Counted from the stretch's first letter, positions 9,323-20,438 are shown. The stretch: DNA of 64,000 nt from Candidatus Ryanbacteria bacterium CG10_big_fil_rev_8_21_14_0_10_43_42 (GCA_002793915.1 PFEF01000005.1:7571-71570); one strand, 5' to 3'. Numbers and translations are program-made. The notes: generated by a model from the sequence alone, not told the origin.

Positions 9323-11764
9323 TTAGAGAGTGGTGATGGACGCTATTTTATCATTTGTATCCATCTTCATGATGCGTACGCCTTGTGTGGACCTGCCGAG
9401 CGTGGATACGGTGGATAAGGTGGTGCGAATAACCTGTCCGTGCTGGGAGACAGCGATAAGATCTTCTTCATCGGTTGATATAATGCGCGCGGCAACGATA
9501 GGTCCGGTTTTCGCCGTTATGTTCATAGTCTTAATGCCGGATCCGCCGCGTCCTTGTATTTTATATTCTCCGATATTGGTTTTCTTTCCGAATCCGTTTT
9601 CCGCAACTACCAAAAGTTTCTGATTTTTTGCCGTTTTTGCTATTACGTCGGCTCCCACAACGTTATCATCTTTCTTTAGTTTAATACCGCGCACGCCCGC
9701 TGATGTGCGTCCCATGGTGCGCGTATCTCCTTCCTGAAAGCGGATACTCATCCCTCCCTTGGTAACAAGAATAACGTCATCGCTTTTATGCAGTGTATGC
9801 ACCCACCCGAGCGCATCGCCTGCTCCCAGTTTAATGGCAATAATACCGGATCTTCGGACATCGGTAAAAAATTTCGCTTCTATTTTTTTAACGATACCGC
9901 ATCGGGTAATCATAATAAGAGAAAGTTCCGCAATATCTTTTTGGGCTTTTGGTATGGGCAGAATGGAAGTTATCTGCTCGGTGTCGGCAAGCATGAGAAA
10001 ATTGGCTATGGATTTTCCCTTTGACGTGCGTCGTCCTTCGGGAATTTCATAGGAGTGAATCTGATATACTTTGCCCAGGGAGGTAAAGAATAAGAGATTA
10101 TCATGTGTATGCACGGTAAGAAACTGATCCACAACGTCTTCTTCTTTTGTGGCCATGCCGATAGTGCCCTTTCCACCGCGTTTTTGCATACGATACTCCT
10201 GTGGATCAATGCGCTTAATGTAACCGCTTTTTGTAAGGATGATGGCCGCTTCCTCCTCCGGTACCATGTCTTCTATGGAAATGGATTTTGCGGCATGCGC
10301 TATTACGCGCGTGCGGCGCTCTTCGGGGAATGCTTTTTTCAGTTCCTCTGTTTCATTTTTAATGATGGCTAAAATCTTTTTCGGATCCTTTAAGATGCCC
10401 TTTAATTCGGCAATCAAGCGCAGTTTTTCGGCAAGTTCATCTTCTATTTTTTTACGTTCCAGTCCGGCGAGAGTTTGCAGACGCATTTCAAGAATGGCGC
10501 TTGCTTGTATGGTGGTAAGTGTGAAATTATTTATCAGATTTTTATGTGCTTCTTCTTTATCTTTCGATTTTCTGATTGTGGCTATTACCTTATCAATGTG
10601 GTCAAGGGCGATTTTAAGACCCTCCAGAATATGAGCGCGTTCTTCGGCTTTTGTAAGGTCAAAACGCGTGCGCCTTTCAATAACCACTTGCCGGTGCTTT
10701 ATAAATTCTTCCAGTATTGTTTTGAGAGCGAGAACTTGAGGCTGTAGACCATCTATGAGTGCCAGGGTATTTACATGAAATACGCGCTCCAGATCAGTGT
10801 GCTTATAAAGAGCGTTAAGTACTTTTTGCGGAAAAGCGCCGTTTTTAAGGTCGATGGCTATACGCATACCGTCTTTATCAGATTCATCGCGCAGGTCACG
10901 AATACCCTCTATACGTTTTTGATTTACCAGGTCGGCAATTTTTTCCAGAAGCGTCGTTTTATTCACCTGATAGGGGATGGAGTTGATGATGATTTGGAAT
11001 GATCCCTGTTTTGTTTCTGTTATTTCAGCTTCACCCCGTGTGAGAATACCGCCTCTGCCGGTTGCATAGGTTTGTCGGATGTCTTTTTTATTGAAAATAA
11101 TACCTCCCGTAGGAAAGTCGGGACCTTTTACGAATTCCATTAAATCTTCCGTAGTGGCTTGGGGATTTTCTATTAGGTGTATGATGGCATTCGCGAGTTC
11201 CAGCATGTTGTGCGGTGGAATATTTGTTGCCATGCCAACGGCAATACCCAAAGAGCCATTGAGGAGTAATTGCGGTACAACAGTAGGAAGTACGACGGGT
11301 TCTTGTTTGGATCCGTCATAATTCGGACTAAACGGAACGGTATCTTTTTCAATATCGGCAAGCATAAGCTCGGCAATGCGCGCCATACGGCACTCGGTAT
11401 ACCTCATTGCCGCCGCTGAATCTCCATCAATACTGCCAAAATTACCCTGTCCTTCAATGAGCGGATAGCGAAACGAGAAATCTTGCGCCATGCGCACCAA
11501 AGAGTCGTATACGGCGGTATCTCCGTGCGGATGATATTTCCCCAGTACTTCTCCCACAACATTTGCCGATTTTCTGTATTTGGCAGAATGGGTAAGTCCC
11601 AGCTCATGCATGGCGTATAAAATACGGCGGTGTACGGGCTTTAGTCCGTCACGAACATCGGGGAGGGCGCGCATGACAATAACAGACATCGCATAATCCA
11701 AATACGATTCTTTCATTTCGGTGACAATTTCGCGTCCCTCGGTTCGTTCAATAATATCGTCCAT
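9323..11764 (-). CDS. gyrA: DNA gyrase subunit A
   Basis: [30 protein letters not shown], GyrA box QKRGGKG, C-terminal beta-pinwheel repeats. Confidence 0.98.
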   Translation of the reverse strand: MDDIIERTEGREIVTEMKESYLDYAMSVIVMRALPDVRDGLKPVHRRILYAMHELGLTHSAKYRKSANVVGEVLGKYHPHGDTAVYDSLVRMAQDFSFRYPLIEGQGNFGSIDGDSAAAMRYTECRMARIAELMLADIEKDTVPFSPNYDGSKQEPVVLPTVVPQLLLNGSLGIAVGMATNIPPHNMLELANAIIHLIENPQATTEDLMEFVKGPDFPTGGIIFNKKDIRQTYATGRGGILTRGEAEITETKQGSFQIIINSIPYQVNKTTLLEKIADLVNQKRIEGIRDLRDESDKDGMRIAIDLKNGAFPQKVLNALYKHTDLERVFHVNTLALIDGLQPQVLALKTILEEFIKHRQVVIERRTRFDLTKAEERAHILEGLKIALDHIDKVIATIRKSKDKEEAHKNLINNFTLTTIQASAILEMRLQTLAGLERKKIEDELAEKLRLIAELKGILKDPKKILAIIKNETEELKKAFPEERRTRVIAHAAKSISIEDMVPEEEAAIILTKSGYIKRIDPQEYRMQKRGGKGTIGMATKEEDVVDQFLTVHTHDNLLFFTSLGKVYQIHSYEIPEGRRTSKGKSIANFLMLADTEQITSILPIPKAQKDIAELSLIMITRCGIVKKIEAKFFTDVRRSGIIAIKLGAGDALGWVHTLHKSDDVILVTKGGMSIRFQEGDTRTMGRTSAGVRGIKLKKDDNVVGADVIAKTAKNQKLLVVAENGFGKKTNIGEYKIQGRGGSGIKTMNITAKTGPIVAARIISTDEEDLIAVSQHGQVIRTTLSTVSTLGRSTQGVRIMKMDTNDKIASITTL

Positions 11765-11790
11765 AAAAAGTAATGGGAAGTATAATTATA

Positions 11791-12042
11791 TTAATCGTAA
11801 AAATGTGTAATGGAATCATGAATCATTTCTCCCAAAAAAGAAAATGGGGAGGAAATATCGGCGGAAAAATCCTTAAACAAAATGGTTGGAGATGATTCTT
11901 TAATGGTAAGAGAATGTCTTGTAACGGCAAGCCACATACCGATAATGCTTGTCATGATCAGAGCAACGCTTATGAAAAGAATGCGTTTTCGTATATGTTT
12001 CGGCTTGTTTTGTACGCGAGCGATAAATGAAAAAAAATCCAT
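11791..12042 (-). CDS. Small hypothetical membrane protein
   Basis: Basic segment then one TM helix; co-oriented in the gyrA run. Confidence 0.65.
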   Translation of the reverse strand: MDFFSFIARVQNKPKHIRKRILFISVALIMTSIIGMWLAVTRHSLTIKESSPTILFKDFSADISSPFSFLGEMIHDSITHFYD

Positions 12043-12092
12043 AAGGGTTAACTTGTTTTTATAGTGAAATTGCTCAATGCCGATATGTTCGT

Positions 12093-12704
12093 TTATTTGC
12101 CGCCCTGCAAATAAACGAGCCGCATACCTTCCGTTGGCAGATCCTTTATTTTAAACGTGAACTTTTCCTCCGGCTTGGTTCCTTCTCCGAATTCTTTAAT
12201 AAATGCATCGGGCGCGTCAAGAGGAAGAGAAAGTCCCGGAAGTGCATAATACATAGGAATAATAATACGCGGTTCAATTTGAGTTACAATAGTTGCCGCT
12301 TCCGATGCGGTAATGGAGTTACTTCCTCCGACAGGTACAAAGAGCACATCCGGTGTGCCGATAAAGGCGCGTATTTCATCAGATAGCTTTGCTGTGCCGA
12401 TGGGTCCTAGATGACAAAGGCGCATCCCTTCCCATTCTATTGTATATAATGTGGCAAGTTCGCCCGCCATACCTTCTATGGTAATGCCTTTTACCTCATA
12501 TTCTCCCGGATCAGTTATAAGAAATGGGTTTCCCGTGAGGGTATCCATGGTATTGTGTGCGGCATTTGCTTTGGTGGTAAGAGCCACATCTGCCTGAAAC
12601 CGCGGGGGAGTAAGGCCTGTTTCTTTTGAAAAAGGATCAATCGCAAGAACCGTATCTCCCGATTGAATTTTAAAGCATGTCACGCCATAATAGGTGATTA
12701 TCAT
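12093..12704 (-). CDS. MBL-fold metallo-hydrolase-like protein (metal His motifs degenerate)
   Basis: ITYYGVTCFKI, IDPF, PGEYEVKG, LCHLG, DVLFVPVGG, IIIPMYY. Confidence 0.85.
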   Translation of the reverse strand: MIITYYGVTCFKIQSGDTVLAIDPFSKETGLTPPRFQADVALTTKANAAHNTMDTLTGNPFLITDPGEYEVKGITIEGMAGELATLYTIEWEGMRLCHLGPIGTAKLSDEIRAFIGTPDVLFVPVGGSNSITASEAATIVTQIEPRIIIPMYYALPGLSLPLDAPDAFIKEFGEGTKPEEKFTFKIKDLPTEGMRLVYLQGGK

Positions 12705-12741
12705 TTTCGCATTGTAGCGTTTTATACATGCTTTGGATAGC

Positions 12742-12770
12742 TTGACAAATTTATAAATACAATATAGAGT
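12742..12770 (+). promoter_or_regulatory. Sigma70-type promoter
   Basis: TTGACA-17 bp-TAGAGT upstream of a gene with a GGAGG SD. Confidence 0.55.
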
Positions 12771-12800
12771 ATTGTAAAACTCATTGATGAGGAGGGTGTT

Positions 12801-13181
12801 ATGGAAAGGGGTTTTAGGCCTTGGGAAGTGCCGTTTGTGATGTTGGCGGTTTTATACCTTATGTCGGAAGAAGGAGAGCAGGGACTTACTATCCATGAGA
12901 TAATTGACCATGTTTACAGTATAAATGAAGGGAAGCGCAAGCTTTTTTATGGAACGGCACGAAATGCGCTTTTTCGTATGGAGCGCATGCGTTATGTCAA
13001 AATGACATGGGAGTTGAGAAAAACAAAAAGGGGCAACCGTCATATGTGGGAAGTGACCATTCTCCCCGCAGGGATGGATGCCCTCCAGGAAGAACTGAAA
13101 ATGGTTGCTTCCCAGTTTAGCTTTGTCCTTGCTGTACGAAATGTTGATATGTTGAATATTCGCCGCCGTAAAGCGGCATAA
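12801..13181 (+). CDS. PadR-like winged-helix regulator
   Basis: LAVLYLM..LTIHEII..LFYGT..ALFRME..YV..W..ITILPAG pattern; GGAGG SD. Confidence 0.6.
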   Translation: MERGFRPWEVPFVMLAVLYLMSEEGEQGLTIHEIIDHVYSINEGKRKLFYGTARNALFRMERMRYVKMTWELRKTKRGNRHMWEVTILPAGMDALQEELKMVASQFSFVLAVRNVDMLNIRRRKAA

Positions 13182-13253
13182 GGGCCGGAACGTATTGCTC
13201 CGGTTTTTTTCTTGCATTTTTTTTAAATCTCCGTATACTGACGGATACATATT

Positions 13254-14513
13254 ATGACTGAAGAACAAGCCCACAACAAGGACACGTCCCTTCATCGAGC
13301 ACCGGAAGGAAGCGAAGAAAACGGCGGTACCGATCAGGCAACAGCTGTTTTGGATGATGCTGAGCACGCCGCTTCCCAGCGCCGGTTTATGGATGCCGTA
13401 TATAAGATTATGCAACCTATTGCTGTGCCTAAAGTCGGCGAGCTCATGGATGGTGTAATAATTGCCCGTAAGGGGCCGTATGTTTATATTGATCTGGGTC
13501 CTTTCGGCACCGGTGTTATTTATGGTCGCGAGTACTATAATGCCCGTGATCTCATAAAGCCGCTCAAAACGGGAGATGCCGTAACTGCAAAGGTGGTGGA
13601 AATAGAAAATGAGGATGGATATGTTGAGCTTTCTCTGCGTGAGGCGGGACGGGATAAAATATGGCAAGAAGCTGAAGACCTCATGAAGAAGAAACAGCCG
13701 GTACCTATGAAGGTATTTGCGGCCAATAAGGGCGGACTTGTTATTTATTGGAACGGCGTACAGGGATTCCTTCCGGTATCACAGCTTACAGCAAAACATT
13801 ATCCGCGTGTGGAAGGGGGTGATAAAGGACGCATTCTTTCCGAGCTTCAGAAATTTGTGGGCGGGTTTATGGACGTAACAATTCTTGATTATGACCCTAA
13901 AGAAGAAAAACTTATCTTCTCGGAGAAAAACGTGGAATCGGATGAACTGAAAGAAACATTATCTCATTATGAGGTGGGACAGGAGATCGAAGGAGAGGTG
14001 ACGGGAGTTGTTGATTTTGGTGTATTTGTGAAAATAGAAGAAGGTCTTGAGGGACTTGCTCATATCTCTGAACTGGATTGGGGGCTTGTTGAAAACCCTT
14101 CCGATCTTTTTTCGGTGGGGGAGAACGTACGCGCTAAAATAATCAGTATTGAAGGCGGTAAAATTTCCCTTTCCATCAAGGCGTTAAAACATGATCCGTG
14201 GCAGGATTTTGCCGGTAAGCACGCGAAGGGTGATATTGTGGAAGGTCATGTTAAAAAGCTTGATAAGTTCGGCGCCTTTATTGAAATTCCCAAATTCTCT
14301 TTGAGTGGTCTGGTGCATATTTCCGAATTTGGTTCCGAAAAAGTTATGAACGAATCTTTGGAGGCGGGAAAAGATTATCATTTTCAAATTTTAAATTTAA
14401 ACCCGGCAGACAGAAAACTATCTCTTAGTTTTGTCAAAGAAGGAGGTGAAGCAAGTACGAAGAAGGTCAAGAAAGAAGAAAAAGAAAAACCTGACACCGA
14501 GAAGGAAGAATAA
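13254..14513 (+). CDS. rpsA: 30S ribosomal protein S1 (4 S1 domains)
   Basis: Repeated S1 motifs: GFLPVSQL, DFGVFV..EGLAHISEL, FGAFI..GLVHISE. Confidence 0.9.
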   Translation: MTEEQAHNKDTSLHRAPEGSEENGGTDQATAVLDDAEHAASQRRFMDAVYKIMQPIAVPKVGELMDGVIIARKGPYVYIDLGPFGTGVIYGREYYNARDLIKPLKTGDAVTAKVVEIENEDGYVELSLREAGRDKIWQEAEDLMKKKQPVPMKVFAANKGGLVIYWNGVQGFLPVSQLTAKHYPRVEGGDKGRILSELQKFVGGFMDVTILDYDPKEEKLIFSEKNVESDELKETLSHYEVGQEIEGEVTGVVDFGVFVKIEEGLEGLAHISELDWGLVENPSDLFSVGENVRAKIISIEGGKISLSIKALKHDPWQDFAGKHAKGDIVEGHVKKLDKFGAFIEIPKFSLSGLVHISEFGSEKVMNESLEAGKDYHFQILNLNPADRKLSLSFVKEGGEASTKKVKKEEKEKPDTEKEE

Positions 14514-14532
14514 CGAAATAAAAACAAAAAGC

Positions 14533-14570
14533 AAAAAACAGCAGTTATCTTTAACAGCTGCTGTTTTTTT
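14533..14570 (+). terminator. Intrinsic terminator
   Basis: AAAAAACAGCAGTT..AGCTGCTGTTTTTTT. Confidence 0.75.
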
Positions 14571-14581
14571 GGGAGGCATGT

Positions 14582-14857
14582 ATGAATCGAGCGGAAGAGA
14601 AAGAGTTATTTGAATATGCGGTGGTGCGCTTCATTAAAAAGGCATCCCCCGTCGATATGCGCATTTTGTCTTGTATGATCAAAGAAGTATCGCTCAAGCA
14701 TAATCATGAATGCATCATATGGGCGTGGCAAGAGAAGTGTGGCAAACTTAATATAAAAAACGATTACGGCGTTACGGAAAAGGTGCGTGATGAACAACGC
14801 CGCTATTATAGCTGTCCGCAGGAATGTTGCATCGCGTTTCTTCGCTTCATAAGATAA
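14582..14857 (+). CDS. Hypothetical Cys-containing protein
   Basis: 91-aa ORF with GGAGG SD filling the intergenic space. Confidence 0.5.
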   Translation: MNRAEEKELFEYAVVRFIKKASPVDMRILSCMIKEVSLKHNHECIIWAWQEKCGKLNIKNDYGVTEKVRDEQRRYYSCPQECCIAFLRFIR

Positions 14858-14859
14858 TC

Positions 14860-16935
14860 TTATGAAGTTTTTTTATGCTGTAGCTCTTCCACCGCTTCCG
14901 CTAGCATTTGGCAGTAAAGATTCATACCAATCTGATTTACATGTCCGGATTGATTGCGTCCGAGTATGTTTCCCGCGCCACGAATATCTAAATCACGCAT
15001 GGCTATGTCCTGCCCGGCGCCAAGATATTGTGTACGAAACAAGGCATCCAGACGCATAGAGGCCTTTTCTTTGAGATGTTTCGCCTGATAAAGAAAGTAG
15101 GCGTATGACTGCACGGAACTGCGCCCGATGCGTCCGCGAAGTTGATGCGCTTGGGAAAGTCCGATACGAGAGGCGTCTTCCACAATAAGTGTGTTCGCGT
15201 TTGAGATATCAATGCCGTTTTCAATAATGGTGGTGGCAAGAAGAATATCCGTTTTATGGTCGCGAAAGTCATGGATGGTGGAAATAATATCATCTTCTTT
15301 CATGCGTCCGTGTATGGTGCCGATACGGGCACGGGGAATCAGTTTTTGCAGAAACTCTTTTGTAGGACTTAATGTGCGAATACGGTTTGATAAAAAATAT
15401 ACTTGTCCTCCACGCTCCAGTTCCGCTTCAAGTGCCTGTGCAACGGTACGTTTTCCAAAAGGAAGGATGAATGTTTTTGGCGCTATGCGATCCGGCGGAG
15501 GCGTATGAATAGAGCTCATGGTGCGCAGGGATGAAAGGGCGAAATGGAGCGTGCGTGGTATGGGCGTTGCCGAAAGAGACAATACGTCCGTTCCCTCTCG
15601 CTTATTCTTCAGCTGTTCTTTTTGTTTCACGCCGAAGCGTTGTTCCTCATCTATAATAAGAAGACCTAATTGTCTGAACTCTATATCTTTTGAAAGGAGG
15701 CGGTGCGTACCTATAACAATATCAACCGTACCTGCTTGCAAGCGGCGCACAATATCACCCTGTTCTTTTTTCCCTTCTACACGGCTTAATCGTTCCACAC
15801 AAACGGGGAATTCTGCAAAACGGCCGGAAAATGTTTCAAAATGTTGTTCGGCAAGAATGGTTGTGGGAGCTATTATAGCAACTTGCCTCTTGTTGAGAAC
15901 TGAACGAAATGCGGCACGGAGTGCTACCTCTGTTTTTCCAAAACCGACATCCGCCAAAAGAAGATGATCCATGGGATGAGGAGATGCCATTTCCGAAAGA
16001 ATACTCTCAATGGCGCGTATCTGATCGGGTGTTTCTATGTGTTCGAATCCGGCGGCGAGTTCTGCCTCCATAAGAGGAGTTGCGAGAGCGGGTGTTCGTT
16101 CGGCAAGCTCACGAGTTGCATACAAGGTAAGAAGATCTCGCGCGAATGCGATAATATCTTCCCGGACTTTTTTCTTTGTGCTGTACCATGTCGATCCTCC
16201 CAGGCGATGTATGGCTGGTGTACGGAATCCAACATAGGGGGTTATTTTTTTTATCATATCCTCCGGCACTAATAGTATATCCGGAGGCGCATTTGCTCCC
16301 TTTGGTCGCGCATATTCGATTTGAAGATACGACGCATGCGCATTATTCGCGGGTATTTCCGGCGTCACGGAAGGATTTATCGGCACGGCACTCTTTTTTG
16401 TATTTTCTGGCGGCGGTATTGGGGCGACAGGTTTACTATCTCTTTGGATAATTCCCTTAAAAATTCCTACGCCATGATCCACATGCACAACAAAATCACC
16501 GGGGCGAAGAGATCCCAATGAGCATTTCTCAAGAAGTTTCTTTTGTGATGCGTCAAGTTCCGCTACGGGTACCGGCGGCGGTATGGCTTCAATTTCTTCC
16601 ACCGTATTTCCCAAAAAATCTATACGGTACGGTGTTTTCGTATTAATGGGAAATATGCGCACCTCACCTCCCATAACCGTACACTCACCAGGATATGTAA
16701 GCATATGTACTTTTTCGTAGCCAAGATCGTTTATAGTGCGGAGAAATTCGGATATTTTAAGGGGGGTATTTTTTGTGATAAGAGTCGTATGTGTGCGCCA
16801 GAAAGGGTTTAATGTGCGCGCATGCCGTATGGCTTTGGTATTTTTTCCAAACCAAACAACGGACTTTTCCAAAAGATGGGGGTGTAGTCCGGCTATAAGA
16901 AGTTCCTGTAATTTATCTGCCTTTTTCGGTGGCAC
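14860..16935 (-). CDS. mfd: Shortened transcription-repair coupling factor (Mfd-like)
   Basis: GDFVVHVDHGVG RID domain, ETPDQ, DVGFGKTEVA, IIDEEQRFG, SATPIPRT, QLRGRIGRS, RGAGNILG; ends before the TRCF domain. Confidence 0.9.
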   Translation of the reverse strand: MPPKKADKLQELLIAGLHPHLLEKSVVWFGKNTKAIRHARTLNPFWRTHTTLITKNTPLKISEFLRTINDLGYEKVHMLTYPGECTVMGGEVRIFPINTKTPYRIDFLGNTVEEIEAIPPPVPVAELDASQKKLLEKCSLGSLRPGDFVVHVDHGVGIFKGIIQRDSKPVAPIPPPENTKKSAVPINPSVTPEIPANNAHASYLQIEYARPKGANAPPDILLVPEDMIKKITPYVGFRTPAIHRLGGSTWYSTKKKVREDIIAFARDLLTLYATRELAERTPALATPLMEAELAAGFEHIETPDQIRAIESILSEMASPHPMDHLLLADVGFGKTEVALRAAFRSVLNKRQVAIIAPTTILAEQHFETFSGRFAEFPVCVERLSRVEGKKEQGDIVRRLQAGTVDIVIGTHRLLSKDIEFRQLGLLIIDEEQRFGVKQKEQLKNKREGTDVLSLSATPIPRTLHFALSSLRTMSSIHTPPPDRIAPKTFILPFGKRTVAQALEAELERGGQVYFLSNRIRTLSPTKEFLQKLIPRARIGTIHGRMKEDDIISTIHDFRDHKTDILLATTIIENGIDISNANTLIVEDASRIGLSQAHQLRGRIGRSSVQSYAYFLYQAKHLKEKASMRLDALFRTQYLGAGQDIAMRDLDIRGAGNILGRNQSGHVNQIGMNLYCQMLAEAVEELQHKKTS

Positions 16936-16981
16936 ATTGTTTTATATACTATAGAAATAAATAGCAAACAAGGGGGGTACT

Positions 16982-17116
16982 GTGGAACTGAAAAAAAACA
17001 TCCCTACGCGGTCTTTTGAAGCATGGGCGGAGGGTAGTAGTATTATCGGTTTGGTTGCTTTCAGGTTCGTGCTCCTTGGTATTATAGGCATTGCCGTTGT
17101 CGCGTTATTTTTCTGA
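16982..17116 (+). CDS. Small (44 aa) single-TM protein, not in ORF track
   Basis: AAGGGGGG SD + GTG; MELKKNIPTRSFEAWAEGSSIIGLVAFRFVLLGIIGIAVVALFF. Confidence 0.45.
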   Translation: MELKKNIPTRSFEAWAEGSSIIGLVAFRFVLLGIIGIAVVALFF

Positions 17117-17710
17117 ATGCACGGCATTCATTGCCTTTGAGAGTCCGTAACAGAGCACCGCTTCCACGGCAGAAGCGGCTTTTTTTACCCCCTTTTTCAG
17201 CACCGTTTTTTCTGCGGGAGACAAAGGGCCTGTCACTATCTTATGAACAATTGCTTTGCTTTGTGATTTTTTAATGTCGCTTGCTTTTGCAATACCAATG
17301 CGTATGCGCGTAAATTCCTTTGTTTTAAGGGAACGTACAATGGATTCAATCCCTTTGTGTCCGGCGGTACCGCGATTAAACATTATTTTTACGGTTCCGA
17401 GAGGCAGATCCAAATCATCGTGCACCACAATAACACGTTCTGTGATTTGTTTTTTAGACGGAATTTTAAGCGCCGTTGTTGTACGCCCGGAATTATTCAT
17501 AAATGTTTCGGGAAGTAAGAGGAGTACGGGTTTTTTTGCAATATACCCCTCTGAAACAAGTGCTTGTAGTTTTTTTTCTTCTTTGAACGAAGAGAAATTA
17601 TTATCATGTGCTAAAAGTTCCAGTGCCGCCCGCCCGGCATTATGCCGTGTGTCTGCGTATTCCGCTCCCGGGTTGCCGAGCCCCAAAATATATATTGGTT
17701 TTTTGTTCAT
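17105..17710 (-). CDS. pth: Peptidyl-tRNA hydrolase
   Basis: GLGNPG..Y..TRHNAG, PETFMNNSG, HDDLDLP, GHKG. Confidence 0.96.
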   Translation of the reverse strand: MNKKPIYILGLGNPGAEYADTRHNAGRAALELLAHDNNFSSFKEEKKLQALVSEGYIAKKPVLLLLPETFMNNSGRTTTALKIPSKKQITERVIVVHDDLDLPLGTVKIMFNRGTAGHKGIESIVRSLKTKEFTRIRIGIAKASDIKKSQSKAIVHKIVTGPLSPAEKTVLKKGVKKAASAVEAVLCYGLSKAMNAVHSEK

Positions 17711-17808
17711 GTATTCATTATGCACGACCGGTACTCATTTTAACAATAAAGCGAATCCTTGATTTTTACTGAAATATGGGGTATTATTGTCTTTATAGAA
17801 TAAAAAAT

Positions 17809-18429
17809 ATGCAAGAAACACAGGAAAAAAAATCAACACATAAAGAAGATGAAGATATAGCGATTACAAAAAACGAGACGAAAGACAAGCACCGATCTTT
17901 TAAGGAAGAAGTTTTTGATCTCTTTAAAGTTATCGTTATTTCTCTCGTTATCGTACTTCCCATTCGGTTGTATGTAGCTCAACCCTTTATTGTACGCGGC
18001 GCTTCTATGGAGCCAAATTTCTCAAATGGGGAATATCTCATCGTTGATGAAATTTCTTATCGCTTACATGAGCCGAGGCGCGGGGACGTTATCGTGTTTC
18101 GATATCCGGAAGATCCTTCGCAATTTTTTATAAAACGCATTATTGGCCTTCCGGAAGATACGGTAATCATTAAAAGTGGGACGGTTACCATTCAAAATGA
18201 TAATTATCCTAATGGATTATCTCTCGATGAAACATATATCCCTTCGGAAACACGCACCGTACCGGACGGAGAAATCACGGTGGGCAAGGATGAATATTTC
18301 GTATTGGGAGATAATCGTGAATTTAGTTCCGATTCCCGAAGATGGGGAATGCTTAACGAGGAATTTCTTGTGGGACGCGCATGGCTTCGGCTGTGGCCCC
18401 TTCTTAATATTGGGGTAATCGGAGAGTAA
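17809..18429 (+). CDS. lepB: Signal peptidase I
   Basis: GASMEPNF, IKRIIGLP, GDNR..SSDSR. Confidence 0.96.
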   Translation: MQETQEKKSTHKEDEDIAITKNETKDKHRSFKEEVFDLFKVIVISLVIVLPIRLYVAQPFIVRGASMEPNFSNGEYLIVDEISYRLHEPRRGDVIVFRYPEDPSQFFIKRIIGLPEDTVIIKSGTVTIQNDNYPNGLSLDETYIPSETRTVPDGEITVGKDEYFVLGDNREFSSDSRRWGMLNEEFLVGRAWLRLWPLLNIGVIGE

Positions 18430-18468
18430 GGTGTTAGTAATGTTATAAGTTTAATTGAGTATACCAGT

Positions 18469-19809
18469 ATGCCGGCAAAAAGAATTCCAAAAGAACAGAT
18501 ACAAACTCCCAAAGGAACACGGGATATTCTGGCTCAAGATGCGCCTTATTTTGAGCGCGTTATTCAGGTAGCAGAAGAGATTACGCGTTTTTACGGTTTT
18601 ATGCTTATTCAGACACCGCATTTTGAAAAAACAGAAATCTTTGAACGCACACTTGGCGAAGCGAGTGATATTGTCGAAAAGGAAATGTATAATTTTCGCA
18701 CGCGGGGCGGAGATCATCTTACTTTGCGCCCGGAAGCAACGGCGGGTATTGCGCGGGCGTACATTCAGCATGGCATGGGATCGTGGCCGCAACCGGTAAA
18801 GATTTATACGCACGGATCTTTTTTTCGGCATGAGCGTCCTCAACGAGGCCGCTTTCGGGAACTAAGACAATTTGACTGGGAGATATTAGGGGAAGATGAT
18901 CCTATTACTGATTCCCTTGTTATTCGTATCATGTATACGGTTCTTGTTGAGCTCGGGTTTAAAAATATCGCTGTTCAGATTAACAGCATCGGGGACACCG
19001 AATCACGCGCAGTATACAGAAAAGAGCTTGTTGCTTTTTATCGGAAAAATGTAAATACTCTTTGCAAAGACTGTAAGCGTCGTTTGAAGGAAAATCCTCT
19101 TCGTTTGCTTGATTGCAAGGAGCATACCTGCATCGAACTTCGGGAAGATGCGCCGCAAATAATTAAATATCTGGGAGATGCGTCCAAAAAACGTTTTAAA
19201 TGCCTGCTCGAATTTTTGGAGGAAGGAGATATTTCTTATTTTATCAATCCGTATTTGGTGCGCGGATTGGATTATTATACCGATACGGTATTTGAGATAT
19301 TTGTTAATTGCGAGGATGCATCCGGTATTATGGAACAGGAAAATACAGATGGGAATAAGCCGACGCCGCTCGCACTTGGAGGGGGTGGCCGATATGATGG
19401 CCTTATGAAAATATTGGGAGGAAAACCCACGCCGGGAGTGGGTGCCGCATTGGGTATTGATCGGATAGTAATGGAAATGAAAGAACAGGGACTTAAAGCC
19501 GCCGAAGAAGTTCGTCCGCATGTGTTTCTCGTGCAGTTAGGACCTTCCGCAAAGCGTAAATCATTCGGACTCATGGAAGAATTTCGTAAGGCGCATATCC
19601 CTATAATGGAATCGGTGGGAAAAGATTCTATTAAAAGTCAGCTTAAAATTGCGGATAAGGTGGAGGCGGATTACACGCTTATTTTGGGGCAAAAAGAAGC
19701 ATTGGATGGCACGGTCATTGTGCGTGAAATGACTACGGGCGTTCAGGAGACGGTACGGATGGCGGACGTGGTACAGAATGTTAAAGACAAGCTAAAAAAG
19801 AAGCGCTAG
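18469..19809 (+). CDS. hisS: Histidine--tRNA ligase
   Basis: PKGTRD, LRPEATA, FRHERPQRGRFR, LVRGLDYY, GGGRYD. Confidence 0.98.
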   Translation: MPAKRIPKEQIQTPKGTRDILAQDAPYFERVIQVAEEITRFYGFMLIQTPHFEKTEIFERTLGEASDIVEKEMYNFRTRGGDHLTLRPEATAGIARAYIQHGMGSWPQPVKIYTHGSFFRHERPQRGRFRELRQFDWEILGEDDPITDSLVIRIMYTVLVELGFKNIAVQINSIGDTESRAVYRKELVAFYRKNVNTLCKDCKRRLKENPLRLLDCKEHTCIELREDAPQIIKYLGDASKKRFKCLLEFLEEGDISYFINPYLVRGLDYYTDTVFEIFVNCEDASGIMEQENTDGNKPTPLALGGGGRYDGLMKILGGKPTPGVGAALGIDRIVMEMKEQGLKAAEEVRPHVFLVQLGPSAKRKSFGLMEEFRKAHIPIMESVGKDSIKSQLKIADKVEADYTLILGQKEALDGTVIVREMTTGVQETVRMADVVQNVKDKLKKKR

Positions 19810-19855
19810 GGTTTCCTAACTCAATCAGTGCCTTTTGTGGTACAACATACATTTT

Positions 19856-20179
19856 ATGGAAGATTGTATATTTTGCAAAATAACCAAAAAGGAAGCGCCG
19901 GCGGAAATACTGACCGAAACGGATAATTTGGTGGTATTTAAGGATATTAAACCATCAGCGCCGGTGCACCTCTTGATTGTTCCCAAAAAACATGTAGTAT
20001 CAATTGCAGAGCTGAAGGCAGAAGATCGTGGCCTTGTTACCGATATGATATATATGGGAAAGGATATGGCGGTAAAAGAGGCTCTTTCCGGGTATCGCTT
20101 ATCGTTTAATGTGGGGCGCGGAGGAGGTCAGCTCGTGGATCATCTTCATCTGCATTTGTTGGGAGGATGGAATCAATAG
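19856..20179 (+). CDS. HIT family protein (Hint)
   Basis: CIFCKI, HLHLHLLGG histidine triad. Confidence 0.95.
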   Translation: MEDCIFCKITKKEAPAEILTETDNLVVFKDIKPSAPVHLLIVPKKHVVSIAELKAEDRGLVTDMIYMGKDMAVKEALSGYRLSFNVGRGGGQLVDHLHLHLLGGWNQ

Positions 20180-20212
20180 TACTCCTACCTAAAATAATAA
20201 TAATATAGAGAT

Positions 20213-20431
20213 ATGCCATTATTTGTACATAAAAAGCAAAAGGAGTCGGTAGGCGCGTTCTTGCGTCGTTTTTCGCGTGTCGTGCAACACAGCAAAGTTC
20301 TTGTGCGCGTGCGAAATAATCAATTTAGAAAGCGTCCTTTAACGGAGCGGCTTGAGAAATATAACGCCATTCGTCGTGCGGAGAAGCATGTAAAAATGGA
20401 GAAATTACGCAAACTGGGTAAGGTAGAGTAG
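20213..20431 (+). CDS. rpsU: 30S ribosomal protein S21 (divergent)
   Basis: Basic 72 aa with ES...LRRF; canonical position between HIT and yqeY. Confidence 0.7.
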   Translation: MPLFVHKKQKESVGAFLRRFSRVVQHSKVLVRVRNNQFRKRPLTERLEKYNAIRRAEKHVKMEKLRKLGKVE

Positions 20432-20438
20432 AGAACAT

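Noticed and set aside
12852-13667. 271-aa minus-strand ORF and similar antisense ORFs throughout the window
   Set aside because: Shadow frames opposite well-supported genes, with no recognisable motifs
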